41,085 bases of DNA from contig JAITFU010000030.1 of NCBI GenBank assembly GCA_031281125.1, positions 1-41,085 of the forward strand, read 5' to 3'. A program made the translations under genes and the position numbers. This DNA comes from Prevotellaceae bacterium. GTDB taxonomy: Bacteria > Bacteroidota > Bacteroidia > Bacteroidales > UBA932. The notes under the pieces were generated by a model. It was not told the origin of the DNA. It saw nothing but the letters and a program-made list of their open reading frames with translations, and searched no databases. Below, in pieces: positions 1 to 9,743 of this stretch (positions are counted from its first letter, which is position 1; every line of letters starts with the position of its first letter).

Positions 1-84
1 TCCCTCCTGAGGAATGGGCGCCGCCCCATGATTGGGGACTTGTTTTACAACACACATATGCTGTACTTCATGTGAATAGATCAT
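1..84 (-). CDS. Partial CDS (first 28 codons, continues past the window edge), product unknown
   Basis: Minus-strand ATG at 84..82 opens a frame (MIYSHEVQHMCVVKQVPNHGAAPIPQEG) that stays open to the window edge. A TACCTTTG -7 box lies about 30 nt upstream. Too short to assign a family. Confidence 0.35.
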   Translation of the reverse strand, partial: MIYSHEVQHMCVVKQVPNHGAAPIPQEG

Positions 85-113
85 ATTGATGTATTTTTTA
101 AATTTTCCGGTGG

Positions 114-121
114 CAAAGGTA
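114..121 (-). promoter_or_regulatory. Bacteroidetes-type -7 promoter box (TAnnTTTG): TACCTTTG
   Basis: Plus strand reads CAAAGGTA, so the minus strand reads TACCTTTG. It sits about 30 nt upstream of the minus-strand ATG at 84. Confidence 0.4.
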
Positions 122-228
122 ACGATTTTTCCGTATTGTTGGTTTTTGATGTGCTGCAACCAAAGTGTCGTTATATACAAGTCGTCGAATAAGGTGGGCA
201 GCTAAATAGAATGGAGTTCAGTACATGA

Positions 229-270
229 CAAAAAAGAAGAGACCGCCTAATGACTTTTTAGACGGCCTCT
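229..270 (-). terminator. Putative intrinsic terminator downstream of the SusD-like gene
   Basis: Imperfect hairpin: AGAGACCGCC (238..247) pairs with GACGGCCTCT (261..270), 8 of 10 positions. On the minus strand it is followed by TCTTCTTTTTTG. Confidence 0.45.
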
Positions 271-288
271 ACTACTACTATTACTATC

Positions 289-1905
289 CTACCACCCCTC
301 ATTTTGCTGGGAAGCCAATAATGGATTCCGAGAAACACTATTAATGGGAATAGGGAATACACACCTTCTATCGGAATAGGGGATAAACTGAATATTAAAG
401 GCGTCTGCCGGTACCGTACCGCCAACAATGTAAACCGGTGTGCCGGCGTTCATCAAAGCGCCGATCTTGGTGCGGTCAGGTTTGGCCGGAATTCCGCCGG
501 TCGAATAGTCGGGATCCAAAAATAACCGATGAATATCCTCCCATCGGCGACCTTCTCCCAAAAATTCAATACGGCGCTCGCCCAATACTGCTTTCATAAA
601 CTCCTTAGTATCTGCAAAACTACTAACAGTATAGGCATCTACAGGAGAATTAATCAAAGAGCGGTTACGCACGGAATTCAAATAGGGCAATGCATCGCTC
701 ACCGATCCTCCGGTTCTAATAATCAATTCTGCATAGGTAAGCAATACCTCTGCATAGCGAATAATGGGTGCCCACTGCGACATGGCTGAAACGTTATCTT
801 CATATTTTCTTAAATACAACAGGTCGTAGCTACCCAACCTAAACATATCTCTTCTCTTGTCTTTTGTCTCGTCCAACCAGTAAGGATTGTTGTAACCTAC
901 GGGACTTAGAGAGATTAATGCCCTGCCACCCAGCGCAGTAACAGAATACATAGAGGGAAGAGATCCATTCACACTCGGATTTCTCAATGGAGAATTATCA
1001 ATAGAGAAAATGCTCTCTTTATTGCTTGTGTAGTTGGCAAAAGGAGTCATGGGATCGGGTTCGATTGCATACCCTCCAATCGGACTTTGCATGGATGCAT
1101 TAATCAGCTTGGCCGCCTCTGCTTTTGATCCGGTCCAATCTCCTTTGTGGAGTTTTACCCTCACTTTTAAGGCTATGGCTGCACCTTGGGTCACTCTGGA
1201 AATTCTGCTGACTTCTTTAGGAATTTTTGATTCGGCATAATCTAAATCTTCTATGATTTTGGCATAACACTCATCCAAAGTGTTACGTCCGTGAGCCAAA
1301 CCTCTTTCAATGGCCTCCGGAGTATTGATCGGATAGTCGTAATAAGGCACCCCGTACCGTTTGTTTCCCTGCTCGGCAAAGGGACGCGCAAAGTGAATCA
1401 ACAGATTGTGGATCGACAAGGCACGAATAAACTTGCACTCTGCAATAAAGGACTCCCCTTCTGCTGCGGTCAGTACGCCTCCGGCAATAGCGCCCTCTAA
1501 GCCATCAATCACAATGTTGGCGCCATTGACTACTGAATAGGTGTTTTCCCACATTCCATCGTTGTTTGGAGCAGAAGTGGTTGTGTAGTTTGCCTCGTAG
1601 GTAACCTGAAAAAAGGCCTCAATATTCATCATATCCTCTCCCCTCATATCGGACTGCTCAATGGACGCAGCGCCAAAGGGATAACCGCGCTCAGCACCGG
1701 CAGCAGGATAAACCCCGCTTTGGGCCAAAGCATATACTCCTTTGACAGCCAAATCGCAATGGTCGTAGGTGTCAAAAACAGTAGCAGGCGTGAACCGGTC
1801 AATAGGAACCAATTCCACCACATCTTTCTCGCAGGAAGAGATAAACAGCAGACCTATAAGCGAGAAACAAGAGATAATCGTAATTTTTAATATATTTCTT
1901 TTCAT
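289..1905 (-). CDS. SusD/RagB-family nutrient-binding outer-membrane lipoprotein
   Basis: 538-aa ORF. Lipoprotein signal MKRNILKITIISCFSLIGLLFISSCEKD. Length, composition and position immediately downstream of a SusC-like gene (18-nt gap) are typical of SusD homologues. Confidence 0.9.
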   Translation of the reverse strand: MKRNILKITIISCFSLIGLLFISSCEKDVVELVPIDRFTPATVFDTYDHCDLAVKGVYALAQSGVYPAAGAERGYPFGAASIEQSDMRGEDMMNIEAFFQVTYEANYTTTSAPNNDGMWENTYSVVNGANIVIDGLEGAIAGGVLTAAEGESFIAECKFIRALSIHNLLIHFARPFAEQGNKRYGVPYYDYPINTPEAIERGLAHGRNTLDECYAKIIEDLDYAESKIPKEVSRISRVTQGAAIALKVRVKLHKGDWTGSKAEAAKLINASMQSPIGGYAIEPDPMTPFANYTSNKESIFSIDNSPLRNPSVNGSLPSMYSVTALGGRALISLSPVGYNNPYWLDETKDKRRDMFRLGSYDLLYLRKYEDNVSAMSQWAPIIRYAEVLLTYAELIIRTGGSVSDALPYLNSVRNRSLINSPVDAYTVSSFADTKEFMKAVLGERRIEFLGEGRRWEDIHRLFLDPDYSTGGIPAKPDRTKIGALMNAGTPVYIVGGTVPADAFNIQFIPYSDRRCVFPIPINSVSRNPLLASQQNEGW

Positions 1906-1923
1906 AATCGTATTCTTTTAATA

Positions 1924-4900
1924 TTAGAAGGATAAATTAATGCCAAACACATAGTTACGCTGCAATGGTTTTGCTCCGTATTCAACCCCAAAACCATCGG
2001 CTAAGGTTGAACCAGACATATTGGTCATCAGTTCAGGATCGAATCCGGAGTATTTGGTAATGGTCATGATATTTTGAGCCGAAGCATAGATGCGTACGCC
2101 GGAAAGCCCGACTTTGTTGATAATGTTGCGGGGCAAGGTATATCCAAGGGTAATGTTCCCAAGTTTTAGGTAAGAACCGTTTTCTACATAACGGCTGTCG
2201 GTCTCCTGTTGTTTGTTGGCCACCGCGCCGTATCCGCTTCTGATCTTTGGAACGATTCCATTACCCGGTTTTTCCGGACTTTGCCATCTGTCTAATATTT
2301 CTACACTCTTATTGGCAAAGTCGTAGTTCATTAAGCTATAGGCGCGGGTACCGTTGTAAATCTTGTTGCCGCCCGAAAAGCGGAAAAAGATACTTAAATC
2401 AAGATTTTTGTACATCAAGGTATTGTTAAAACCTCCAAACCAAGTAGGGATGGTACCTCCAAGTAACATTTTATCGTCCAAACCTAAACTTGCCCGTGCA
2501 CCCAGTACAGCGGGGTTAGAGGCATCATAAAGATAGGTGGTATTGGTATTGTTTGACATATCGTGCTGCACAATTGTGCCATCTGCTTTGTGCCACATGG
2601 GGTTGCCGTTGGCCATATTTACACCTGCATATTGGTAGCCCCATAAGGTATTCATCGATTTGCCTTCCTCAATCACCGAATAGGTTCCACGAATAGTACC
2701 GTCAACCAATTTTACCACCTCATTTTTTAGGGTGGAGAAATTAACATCAGCATGCCAGCTAAAATCTTTTGTGCGCACAATGTCAGCGCCGATACTAAAC
2801 TCCAAACCACTGTTCTTTATCTGTCCAATGTTCTGTGTCATACTGTTGCCGGGGATTCCAAAACTGGGATCAAAAGGAACATCCAACACAATGTCGCTGT
2901 TGTCTTTGGTCCAATAGGAGAAACCAAGATTAAACCTGCCGTTTAAAAACTGGGCGTCAAAACCCAAGTCCATGGTTGCCTGAGATTCCCATTTTAAAGC
3001 ACCGTTCCCCACATTGGAGTAACAAAGACCGGCAAGCGATCCATACCTCCTGGGACTAAAGGTGTCCATATAGGGATAGTTTCCACTGATGCCCTGGTTA
3101 CCAACTGTGGCAAAGCTGCCTCTTATACGAAGATCATTGACATATCCCCTGATGCCATCCCAGAATGACTCATCAGAAACGCGCCATGCTGCTGAAACGC
3201 CCCAGAAGTTACCCCAACGGGTATCAGCAGGTAGCTTAGAGAGGCCGTCTCTACGGATAGAGCCGCCAAGGTAGTACTTGCCCGCGTAGTTGTAGTTGGC
3301 ACGGAACAGGTAGGAAGCCAATCCATTCTCTTGACTGCCTCCTCCAATACTGCGCATATCAAAGGTGCCGCCAATGATCTCTTCCATAAAGAAGGGATCT
3401 GAAAAATTTTGAACAGCAGCCGAGAAAGATCTGTACGAATACTTGTTATACTCTGCCACCGCAGTAAGATCAAGGTTGTGTTTTTCCGCAAAGGTGGTGC
3501 TATAGGCAACAATATTTTGCCAATTCCAACGCGTCCTCGGATAGAAATACCTGCTGATAAGCCCACCATACGTCACACCGTCTCCCGAATCAGGCATCCA
3601 TTTATACATATCGTCCGACAACATCAAATCCGCAGAAGCAATAGTTTTTATCGACAACCCTTTAATCGGCATCAATTCAACAAAACCGGAAGCAATCCCG
3701 CGATAGCTCTCTGCAAGGTTGAGGTTGTTGTCCAATACCCACATGATATTGGGGATTGAACTTGTTACTACCTGCTTGTTGGAGCCGCGTCCCAATGCCT
3801 TGCGGTCAACTGCGTCAATGTTGTAACCGGTGGGGTCATCGTCCCGATAGACCGCCACATTGGGTAACATTCTAATTACTGCAAACATGGCGTCACTCAA
3901 TGAGTTCCATCCTTCAACAATACCCTGAACCTTTTGGTTGGACACATTGATATCAACCCCGGCCTTAAACCAGTCCACCGGTCTTACGTCTCCATTGGCA
4001 CGAACGGTGAAACGTTTGTAATTGTTTGCTACAATAATACCCTCTTGGCTGGAATATCCGCCGGATAGATAGAAGTGTGCTTTGTCTGTTCCGCCACTCA
4101 TCGACAAGGTGTGGGAATGTTGGAAGCCTGTTCTAAAGACGTAGTCAAGCCAGTTGGTATTAGTGCCGTCGTCAACAGCCTGTGCTACGTTGCCGTTGTT
4201 TACGTACAATTCGTTGGCTATCTCGGTAAACTGCTTACCATTCATAAGATCAGGAAGCTTAGAGGCTTGAGCTGCACTAAAGTAGGTGTTGTAAGAAACA
4301 CTAAACTTACCTGCTTTTCCCCTTTTGGTAGTAACAAGGATCACCCCGTTGGAGGCACGAGATCCGTAGATAGCCGTGGCTGCACCGTCTTTAAGCACAT
4401 TGATCGATTCAATGTCGTCCGGATTGATGTCTCCCATAGCATTGTTTGAGGCATAACCCACCCCTACATCACCAGAGGTAACAGGAACGCCATCAACCAC
4501 ATACAATGGAGATGTAGAAGATGATATGGAGTTGATGCCACGTACACGAATAACGGGAGCAGAGCCAATCACACCTGATCCTTGGGTCACTTGTACCCCT
4601 GTAGCACGACCGGCTAATTGCTGGTCAAAACTGGGCGTGGCCAATTTGGCAATGGCGCCTCCATCCACTTTGGTTACCAAGCTGGTAACGTCCCTCTTTC
4701 TGGCCTCGCCGTAACCAATAACCACCACCTCGTCCAATCTAGTGTCTGATTCCAAAGACACGTTAATTACTGAACGCCCGTTTACCTGAACTTCCTGGCT
4801 TTTCATCCCAATAAAAGAGAATACCAGAGTAGCATTAGACGGAGCATTGATAGAATAGGTTCCTCCACCAAGAGTACTTGTAACAGTATTTGTTCCCTTA

Positions 4901-5037
4901 ATGGTAATAAAAACACCCGGAAGTGGAGAGTTGTCCCACACATCCGTCACTGTTCCTGTAATCTGTACCGATTGTCCATATAATTGAGAGACACCCATAC
5001 AGATCAGAAACGTTAAAATAGTTCCGATTTTTTTCAT
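1924..5037 (-). CDS. SusC/RagA-family TonB-dependent outer-membrane transporter
   Basis: 1037-aa ORF with a signal peptide. N-terminal carboxypeptidase-regulatory-like segment (VQITGTVTDVWDNSPLPGVFITIKG). Plug-region motif NVLKDGAATAIYGSRASNGVILVTTKRGK. Ends in an aromatic F (GINLSF). Confidence 0.95.
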   Translation of the reverse strand: MKKIGTILTFLICMGVSQLYGQSVQITGTVTDVWDNSPLPGVFITIKGTNTVTSTLGGGTYSINAPSNATLVFSFIGMKSQEVQVNGRSVINVSLESDTRLDEVVVIGYGEARKRDVTSLVTKVDGGAIAKLATPSFDQQLAGRATGVQVTQGSGVIGSAPVIRVRGINSISSSTSPLYVVDGVPVTSGDVGVGYASNNAMGDINPDDIESINVLKDGAATAIYGSRASNGVILVTTKRGKAGKFSVSYNTYFSAAQASKLPDLMNGKQFTEIANELYVNNGNVAQAVDDGTNTNWLDYVFRTGFQHSHTLSMSGGTDKAHFYLSGGYSSQEGIIVANNYKRFTVRANGDVRPVDWFKAGVDINVSNQKVQGIVEGWNSLSDAMFAVIRMLPNVAVYRDDDPTGYNIDAVDRKALGRGSNKQVVTSSIPNIMWVLDNNLNLAESYRGIASGFVELMPIKGLSIKTIASADLMLSDDMYKWMPDSGDGVTYGGLISRYFYPRTRWNWQNIVAYSTTFAEKHNLDLTAVAEYNKYSYRSFSAAVQNFSDPFFMEEIIGGTFDMRSIGGGSQENGLASYLFRANYNYAGKYYLGGSIRRDGLSKLPADTRWGNFWGVSAAWRVSDESFWDGIRGYVNDLRIRGSFATVGNQGISGNYPYMDTFSPRRYGSLAGLCYSNVGNGALKWESQATMDLGFDAQFLNGRFNLGFSYWTKDNSDIVLDVPFDPSFGIPGNSMTQNIGQIKNSGLEFSIGADIVRTKDFSWHADVNFSTLKNEVVKLVDGTIRGTYSVIEEGKSMNTLWGYQYAGVNMANGNPMWHKADGTIVQHDMSNNTNTTYLYDASNPAVLGARASLGLDDKMLLGGTIPTWFGGFNNTLMYKNLDLSIFFRFSGGNKIYNGTRAYSLMNYDFANKSVEILDRWQSPEKPGNGIVPKIRSGYGAVANKQQETDSRYVENGSYLKLGNITLGYTLPRNIINKVGLSGVRIYASAQNIMTITKYSGFDPELMTNMSGSTLADGFGVEYGAKPLQRNYVFGINLSF

Positions 5038-5101
5038 TTGTAAAAAAATTAGTTAATGTTTTAGGATTTATATATAATTAGTTCAATATAGGTTTAGCTT
5101 G

Positions 5102-5109
5102 CAAAGATA
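5102..5109 (-). promoter_or_regulatory. -7 promoter box TATCTTTG upstream of the susC-like gene
   Basis: Plus strand CAAAGATA. Lies in the 82-nt gap between the SGNH gene stop and the susC-like ATG (5037). Confidence 0.45.
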
Positions 5110-5119
5110 ATACTTTATT

Positions 5120-6214
5120 TTAATATAACAAATCTGACAACACCTTTGCCATCCGCAAAAATCCCAAATCGGTGAGGTGTACCCCGTCAACGGTGGCTTC
5201 GGCATCGCTTCCCGTGAGCTTATCGGCAGGGACATAAAAGAGGTTTTCAAATCCCTTACAACGTAAGAGTTCGTAAATATCGCGCCATGTTGCGTTCTTT
5301 TTGGCAATAGTTTGTGCCTCTGTCAAGTTAAACGCTATAGCCGGGAATAAGTGATTTTCAACCATATAAACAGGGGTATCGGGGCGGGCTTGCAAGAGTG
5401 CGCACATAAAGTCATACCCAAGTTGTTCAATCATCTCTACGGTACAATTGCCCAAACAATCAACAAAATAGGCTCCTGCATCAATTTTGGCCATCAAAGC
5501 GCCAATCGAGCTGTCCATACGGCCATTACCGCTGAATCCCAAATTGATCACTTCGCGTTGCAGGCTTCGTGCCATAATGGCCGGGTAGGCCATTCCGGGA
5601 CGCGTGGCGCATCCGCCCTGCGTGATGCTGGTTCCATAACACACAATCGGTTTCTCTGCCAAAGGTAAAGGGCTTAATGGAGTATATATATTTGCGGTAG
5701 AATCGATTCCGATCTCCAATTTGACCACTCCGTCGTAAAGCGGCAAGTGGAGCATAAACTCCTTTTCTGCTCCATCCATCTCCAAAATCAACATCTTTTC
5801 GTTCTCTTTTCCAGTTGCGGGAATGCCCGTGCCAACGTACCGCCACCCATCGTCATTCAGCACATATAGGTCCACACCCCGTACTCCTGTTGCAGCCATG
5901 TGATTCATACCAAAGCCACTCCGCACTATCCACCGGGCACCTATCGCTCTGCTGTTGCTCCGGAACCGCACCGCAATCCCTGCCGAATGCAACCCCAACC
6001 CCCATAATTCTGAACGGAAATCCTCCTTTTGCGACCAAGGCAAGCGTGTATAAGCCATACTGTCGGTATGCACCATGGCAGGCTCCGCAACGCTCCGTCC
6101 CATAATCCTAAACGCCTTGGCATCGTGATAAATAAGCTCCGATGATCTCTGCGCCATCAATACGGACGGAGAGATCAGAAGCAACCATAAAAAAAGTTTA
6201 CGTCTCATATTCAT
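5120..6214 (-). CDS. SGNH/GDSL-family hydrolase (esterase) with an N-terminal GxDLY-type domain, secreted
   Basis: 364-aa ORF. Signal peptide MNMRRKLFLWLLLISPSVLMAQ. GVRGVDLYVL (GxDLY motif) is followed by the block-I motif CYGTSITQGG and a C-terminal DGVHLTDLG (catalytic D..H). The start overlaps the miaA stop (ATGA). Confidence 0.8.
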   Translation of the reverse strand: MNMRRKLFLWLLLISPSVLMAQRSSELIYHDAKAFRIMGRSVAEPAMVHTDSMAYTRLPWSQKEDFRSELWGLGLHSAGIAVRFRSNSRAIGARWIVRSGFGMNHMAATGVRGVDLYVLNDDGWRYVGTGIPATGKENEKMLILEMDGAEKEFMLHLPLYDGVVKLEIGIDSTANIYTPLSPLPLAEKPIVCYGTSITQGGCATRPGMAYPAIMARSLQREVINLGFSGNGRMDSSIGALMAKIDAGAYFVDCLGNCTVEMIEQLGYDFMCALLQARPDTPVYMVENHLFPAIAFNLTEAQTIAKKNATWRDIYELLRCKGFENLFYVPADKLTGSDAEATVDGVHLTDLGFLRMAKVLSDLLY

Positions 6215-7170
6215 AAAATCATATCATTACTCAATTGTTTTACAATCTCCGTTTCGCCCACCATTGCATCCACCCAACGTACCGCCAACCCCCGCCGCTC
6301 CATACCTCGGAACCAAGTCATCTGTCGCTTGGCAAATTGATGAATCGCAACGCGCAACTGCCCCCTCATCTCCTCAAAGGAGAGCGCTCCGGTAAGATAC
6401 AACGCCAAGTATTTGTATTCCAACCCATAATACATCATATCCTCCACTGTCAATCCCTGCTTCATCAAGCGTAACGCCTCCTCCACCATTCCGCTTTGCA
6501 ATCGTTCATCCAATCGCCTGTCAATCCGTGTCCTACGCTCCTCTACGGGTATATACAAACCTATAATATACGGATCGGTAGGGGCAAAAAAACTTTTGCC
6601 CCTACCATCGCCCCTATCGTTGCCCCTACCGATACCATCATCGTCCCTACCGTCATCGTTACGATATTCCGCAATTTCGATGGCGCGGATCAGGCGTTTG
6701 CGGCTTTGGGTATCGGTGGTGTTGTGCAACGGGCCGTACGAGGCCAACCGCTTTATCAGTTCTTCCTGCGTTACCCCCTCGCACTCCTGACGCAACTCCC
6801 TGTTTTCCGGCACCTCCGGCATTTCATACCCCCTGCACACCGCCTCTATATACATCCCCGACCCTCCACACAAAATTGGAACTAACCCCCTTGCCCTCAC
6901 ATCTTTATACGCTTTCCAAAAATCCAACACGTAGCGATACACATTGTACCGCTCCCCCGCATCAACAATGTCAATCAAATGATACGGAATCTCCTTCCCC
7001 TCAAATCGATAATCGGCCAAATCTTTTCCCGTACCTATATCCATCCCCCTATACACCTGCCTCGAATCGGCAGAGAGTACCTCCCCGCCCAACTGCGCCG
7101 CCAACCGTACCGCCAACCGAGTCTTTCCTGACGCAGTAGGGCCTAATATAACAATAAGCCGATTTTCCAT
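6211..7170 (-). CDS. miaA: tRNA dimethylallyltransferase
   Basis: 319-aa ORF. P-loop ILGPTASGKT, SADSRQVYRGMDIGTGK, and overall MiaA-like sequence. Contains an unusual D/G/R low-complexity insert. Confidence 0.95.
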   Translation of the reverse strand: MENRLIVILGPTASGKTRLAVRLAAQLGGEVLSADSRQVYRGMDIGTGKDLADYRFEGKEIPYHLIDIVDAGERYNVYRYVLDFWKAYKDVRARGLVPILCGGSGMYIEAVCRGYEMPEVPENRELRQECEGVTQEELIKRLASYGPLHNTTDTQSRKRLIRAIEIAEYRNDDGRDDDGIGRGNDRGDGRGKSFFAPTDPYIIGLYIPVEERRTRIDRRLDERLQSGMVEEALRLMKQGLTVEDMMYYGLEYKYLALYLTGALSFEEMRGQLRVAIHQFAKRQMTWFRGMERRGLAVRWVDAMVGETEIVKQLSNDMIL

Positions 7171-7226
7171 AGCTCAACGCTTTGACTTCTATATCTGTCT
7201 GTTATTTTTTTTTCTAAAAAGCATCG

Positions 7227-7234
7227 CAAAGATA
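7227..7234 (-). promoter_or_regulatory. -7 promoter box TATCTTTG upstream of miaA
   Basis: Plus strand CAAAGATA, about 57 nt upstream of the miaA ATG (7170). Confidence 0.45.
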
Positions 7235-7373
7235 CACTAAGTTTTCCACCACTCGAAAAAAGATGTAAATTTGCATTTGGTACATGACAAAAATAGAAAA
7301 ATATTTAATTTGAAATAGTTTGAGTAGATTTGTACTCGACCTTGATAGCTAGGGAGAATTGATAAAAAAATTT

Positions 7374-7381
7374 TATCTTTG
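7374..7381 (+). promoter_or_regulatory. -7 promoter box TATCTTTG upstream of the methyltransferase gene
   Basis: TATCTTTG on the plus strand, 50 nt upstream of the ATG at 7431. It lies inside the ORF-track N-terminal extension (7359), which argues against that start. Confidence 0.45.
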
Positions 7382-7430
7382 TAATTTGAGATTAAAGTGT
7401 CAAAAAAAGATATATACTAACTTTAAAGCA

Positions 7431-8537
7431 ATGGCAAACAGGAATTTATCAAGCGCAAAAAATGCGAGAAACGACGAGTTCTACACGCAATTTCACGACA
7501 TAGAAAAGGAAATTGCCGCCTATTTAGAATACAGCCCCGATGTGTTTCGCGGCAAAACTATTCTATGCCCCTGCGATGACCCTTATGAAAGCAATTTTTT
7601 TAAGTATTTTGCTTTAAAATTTAACGAATTTGGACTAAAAAAACTTATTGCAACTTGCTATGCAGGGTCGCCCATTGCAAATAGAGAACTTTCTTTGTTT
7701 CCGGATGAGAACGAAGAAAACAAAACAACAAGAAATCCTCACAAAATTGAAATTACAGATAACGACGGAGTGAGAAATTTATACGATGTTGAATTACTCC
7801 TTGCTAACGATAGAAATCATTTGACCCGTTTAAAAGGCGATGGAGATTTTAGAAGCAATGAAATAAAGAAGCTGAGAGACGAAGCCGATATTATTATTAC
7901 CAATCCACCCTTTTCGCTTTTTAGAGAGTTTTTGGCGTGGCTTGTAGAGGCGAACAAACAGTTTTTAATTATCGGCAATATGAATGCTATTACCTACAAA
8001 GAAGTATTTCCGCTAATAAAAGAAAACAAAATGTGGTTAGGTAGAGGTTTTAACGCGGGAAATGCTTTTTTTTCAACACCACTTGTTAAAGAGTATGCAG
8101 AAGGAGTTTATAATCCCGATACGGGTTTAGTCAAGTTTAGGAATTGCTGTTGGTTCACAAACCTTGACCACGGCAGGCGACACCAACCTTTACAACTAAT
8201 GTCTATAAAAAACAATTTAAGATATAACAAGAAATTAAAAGGCAAAGAGTTTTATGACCGATACGATAATTATGACGCAATAGAAGTGCCGTTTACAGAA
8301 ATGATACCTAACGATTATGATGGCATAATGGCTGTTCCAGTCAGCTTTTTAGATAAATATAATCCTGACCAATTTGAAATATTGGGTATAACTCAAAGAA
8401 ATGATGACCCATATAAAATAAAAAAATATACCAAAGCAGACTATCCTAACGCAAATGACTTAAATGCTCGTGGGGTTATTATCGTTGAAGGCAAACCCAA
8501 GTCAATGTATGCCAGAGTTCTAATAAAGAAAAAATAA
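7431..8537 (+). CDS. N6-adenine DNA methyltransferase, M.EcoRI-like family
   Basis: Frame of ORF 7359..8537, with the start moved to [21 protein letters not shown]-terminal KNxxDEFYTQ and CPCDDP...SNFFKYF blocks resemble my memory of M.EcoRI-type enzymes. Catalytic DIIITNPPF motif is present. Confidence 0.85.
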   Translation: MANRNLSSAKNARNDEFYTQFHDIEKEIAAYLEYSPDVFRGKTILCPCDDPYESNFFKYFALKFNEFGLKKLIATCYAGSPIANRELSLFPDENEENKTTRNPHKIEITDNDGVRNLYDVELLLANDRNHLTRLKGDGDFRSNEIKKLRDEADIIITNPPFSLFREFLAWLVEANKQFLIIGNMNAITYKEVFPLIKENKMWLGRGFNAGNAFFSTPLVKEYAEGVYNPDTGLVKFRNCCWFTNLDHGRRHQPLQLMSIKNNLRYNKKLKGKEFYDRYDNYDAIEVPFTEMIPNDYDGIMAVPVSFLDKYNPDQFEILGITQRNDDPYKIKKYTKADYPNANDLNARGVIIVEGKPKSMYARVLIKKK

Positions 8538-8545
8538 AAACAAAT

Positions 8546-9709
8546 ATGATAACAACCCTCAAAACAGACATTACAGTAAAAGATATTTGCGAAGGTTTTG
8601 TTTATAACGAATTAGAAGGCAAAGGTTTATTTGGGCTTTCTGGCAGGCTTACCATTCAGCCCGAATATCAAAGAAATTACATTTACGCTGACGGCAAAAA
8701 AGACGTTGCAGTTATTGAATCTATTCTCAAAGGATACCCTTTGGGTTTGATTTATTTCAATAAAGTGAGCGACAACGCGCTTGAAGTGCTTGACGGACAG
8801 CAACGTATTACAAGTTTTGGGAGATTTGTGACTAATAAACTTGCTATCAGAGATGAAAATGGAAGACCACAAACTTTCAACAGTATTGCTGCCGACAAAC
8901 AGAAAAAGATTTTGCAAACCAAACTTTTGATTTATGAATGTGAGGGTACAGAAAGTGAAATTAAAGAATGGTTTCGTACTATCAATATTGCGGGCGTTCC
9001 GCTCAACAATCAGGAATTGCTTAACGCTGTTTATTCAGGTCCCTTTGTAACGCTTGCAAAAGAAGAATATAGCAACAGCCAAAATACAAATATTCGAAAA
9101 TGGAGTGCATACATTGCAGGTAGCGCCAACCGTCAGGAGTTTTTGGAGTGCGCACTTGATTGGGTAAGCAAAAGCAACATTGGCGATTATATGAGTTGCC
9201 ACCGTTACGACGACAATATCAACGAATTAAAAACCTATTTTAACAGCGTGATAGATTGGGTTTCTACAGTTTTTACAGATGTAGAGAGTGAAATGCGCGG
9301 TTTGGAATGGGGACGACTCTACGAAACTTACCGAAAACAACCCTATAGTCCCAAAGAAGTTTCCCAGGAAGTGCAAAAACTCTATGCCGACCCTTACATA
9401 AAAAACCGCAAAGGAGTTTTTGAGTTTATTTTGGGTCGCTCAACTGACACAAAATTACTTGAAGTCAGAGTTTTTGACGAGGCAATCAAAAAATCTGTTT
9501 ATGCAATACAAACGGCAGAGGCAAAAGAAAAAGGAATTTCAAATTGTCTTTTGTGCGCGATAGGACACGATGCAAACAAAACAAAAATTTGGAATATTAC
9601 CGATATGGACGCCGACCACGTTGCTGCGTGGAGTAAAGGCGGCGCAACCGACATAAACAACTGTCAAATGCTCTGCAAAACACATAATCGGGCAAAAGGG
9701 AATAGATAG
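8546..9709 (+). CDS. DUF262 (ParB-like, DGQQR motif) domain protein with a C-terminal HNH endonuclease domain
   Basis: 387-aa ORF, 8 nt after the MTase stop. N-terminal [11 protein letters not shown] and [14 protein letters not shown] (DUF262 signatures). C-terminal [32 protein letters not shown] (HNH His-Me finger). Confidence 0.85.
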   Translation: MITTLKTDITVKDICEGFVYNELEGKGLFGLSGRLTIQPEYQRNYIYADGKKDVAVIESILKGYPLGLIYFNKVSDNALEVLDGQQRITSFGRFVTNKLAIRDENGRPQTFNSIAADKQKKILQTKLLIYECEGTESEIKEWFRTINIAGVPLNNQELLNAVYSGPFVTLAKEEYSNSQNTNIRKWSAYIAGSANRQEFLECALDWVSKSNIGDYMSCHRYDDNINELKTYFNSVIDWVSTVFTDVESEMRGLEWGRLYETYRKQPYSPKEVSQEVQKLYADPYIKNRKGVFEFILGRSTDTKLLEVRVFDEAIKKSVYAIQTAEAKEKGISNCLLCAIGHDANKTKIWNITDMDADHVAAWSKGGATDINNCQMLCKTHNRAKGNR

Positions 9710-9743
9710 GATTGACAGCAAACGCGCATTGGCCCATTTTCCA

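Noticed and set aside
2247-4714. Several 60-148-aa ORFs on both strands within the susC-like gene (for example 3123..3569, 3409..3759, 4075..4449)
   Set aside because: They are fully nested in a 1037-aa ORF with unambiguous TonB-dependent receptor features. They have no independent signals, so I treat them as frame shadows.
5083-5307. 74-aa minus-strand ORF overlapping the 3' end of the SGNH gene and the susC promoter region
   Set aside because: It is an out-of-frame overlap with a well-supported gene and runs through the predicted promoter. It has no family features.
220-7293. Exact 14-nt repeat GTACATGACAAAAA at about 220 and about 7280, both in intergenic DNA
   Set aside because: A rough estimate gives a few chance 14-mer matches in about 41 kb on two strands. 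The sequence is A-rich and there is no extended similarity on either side.
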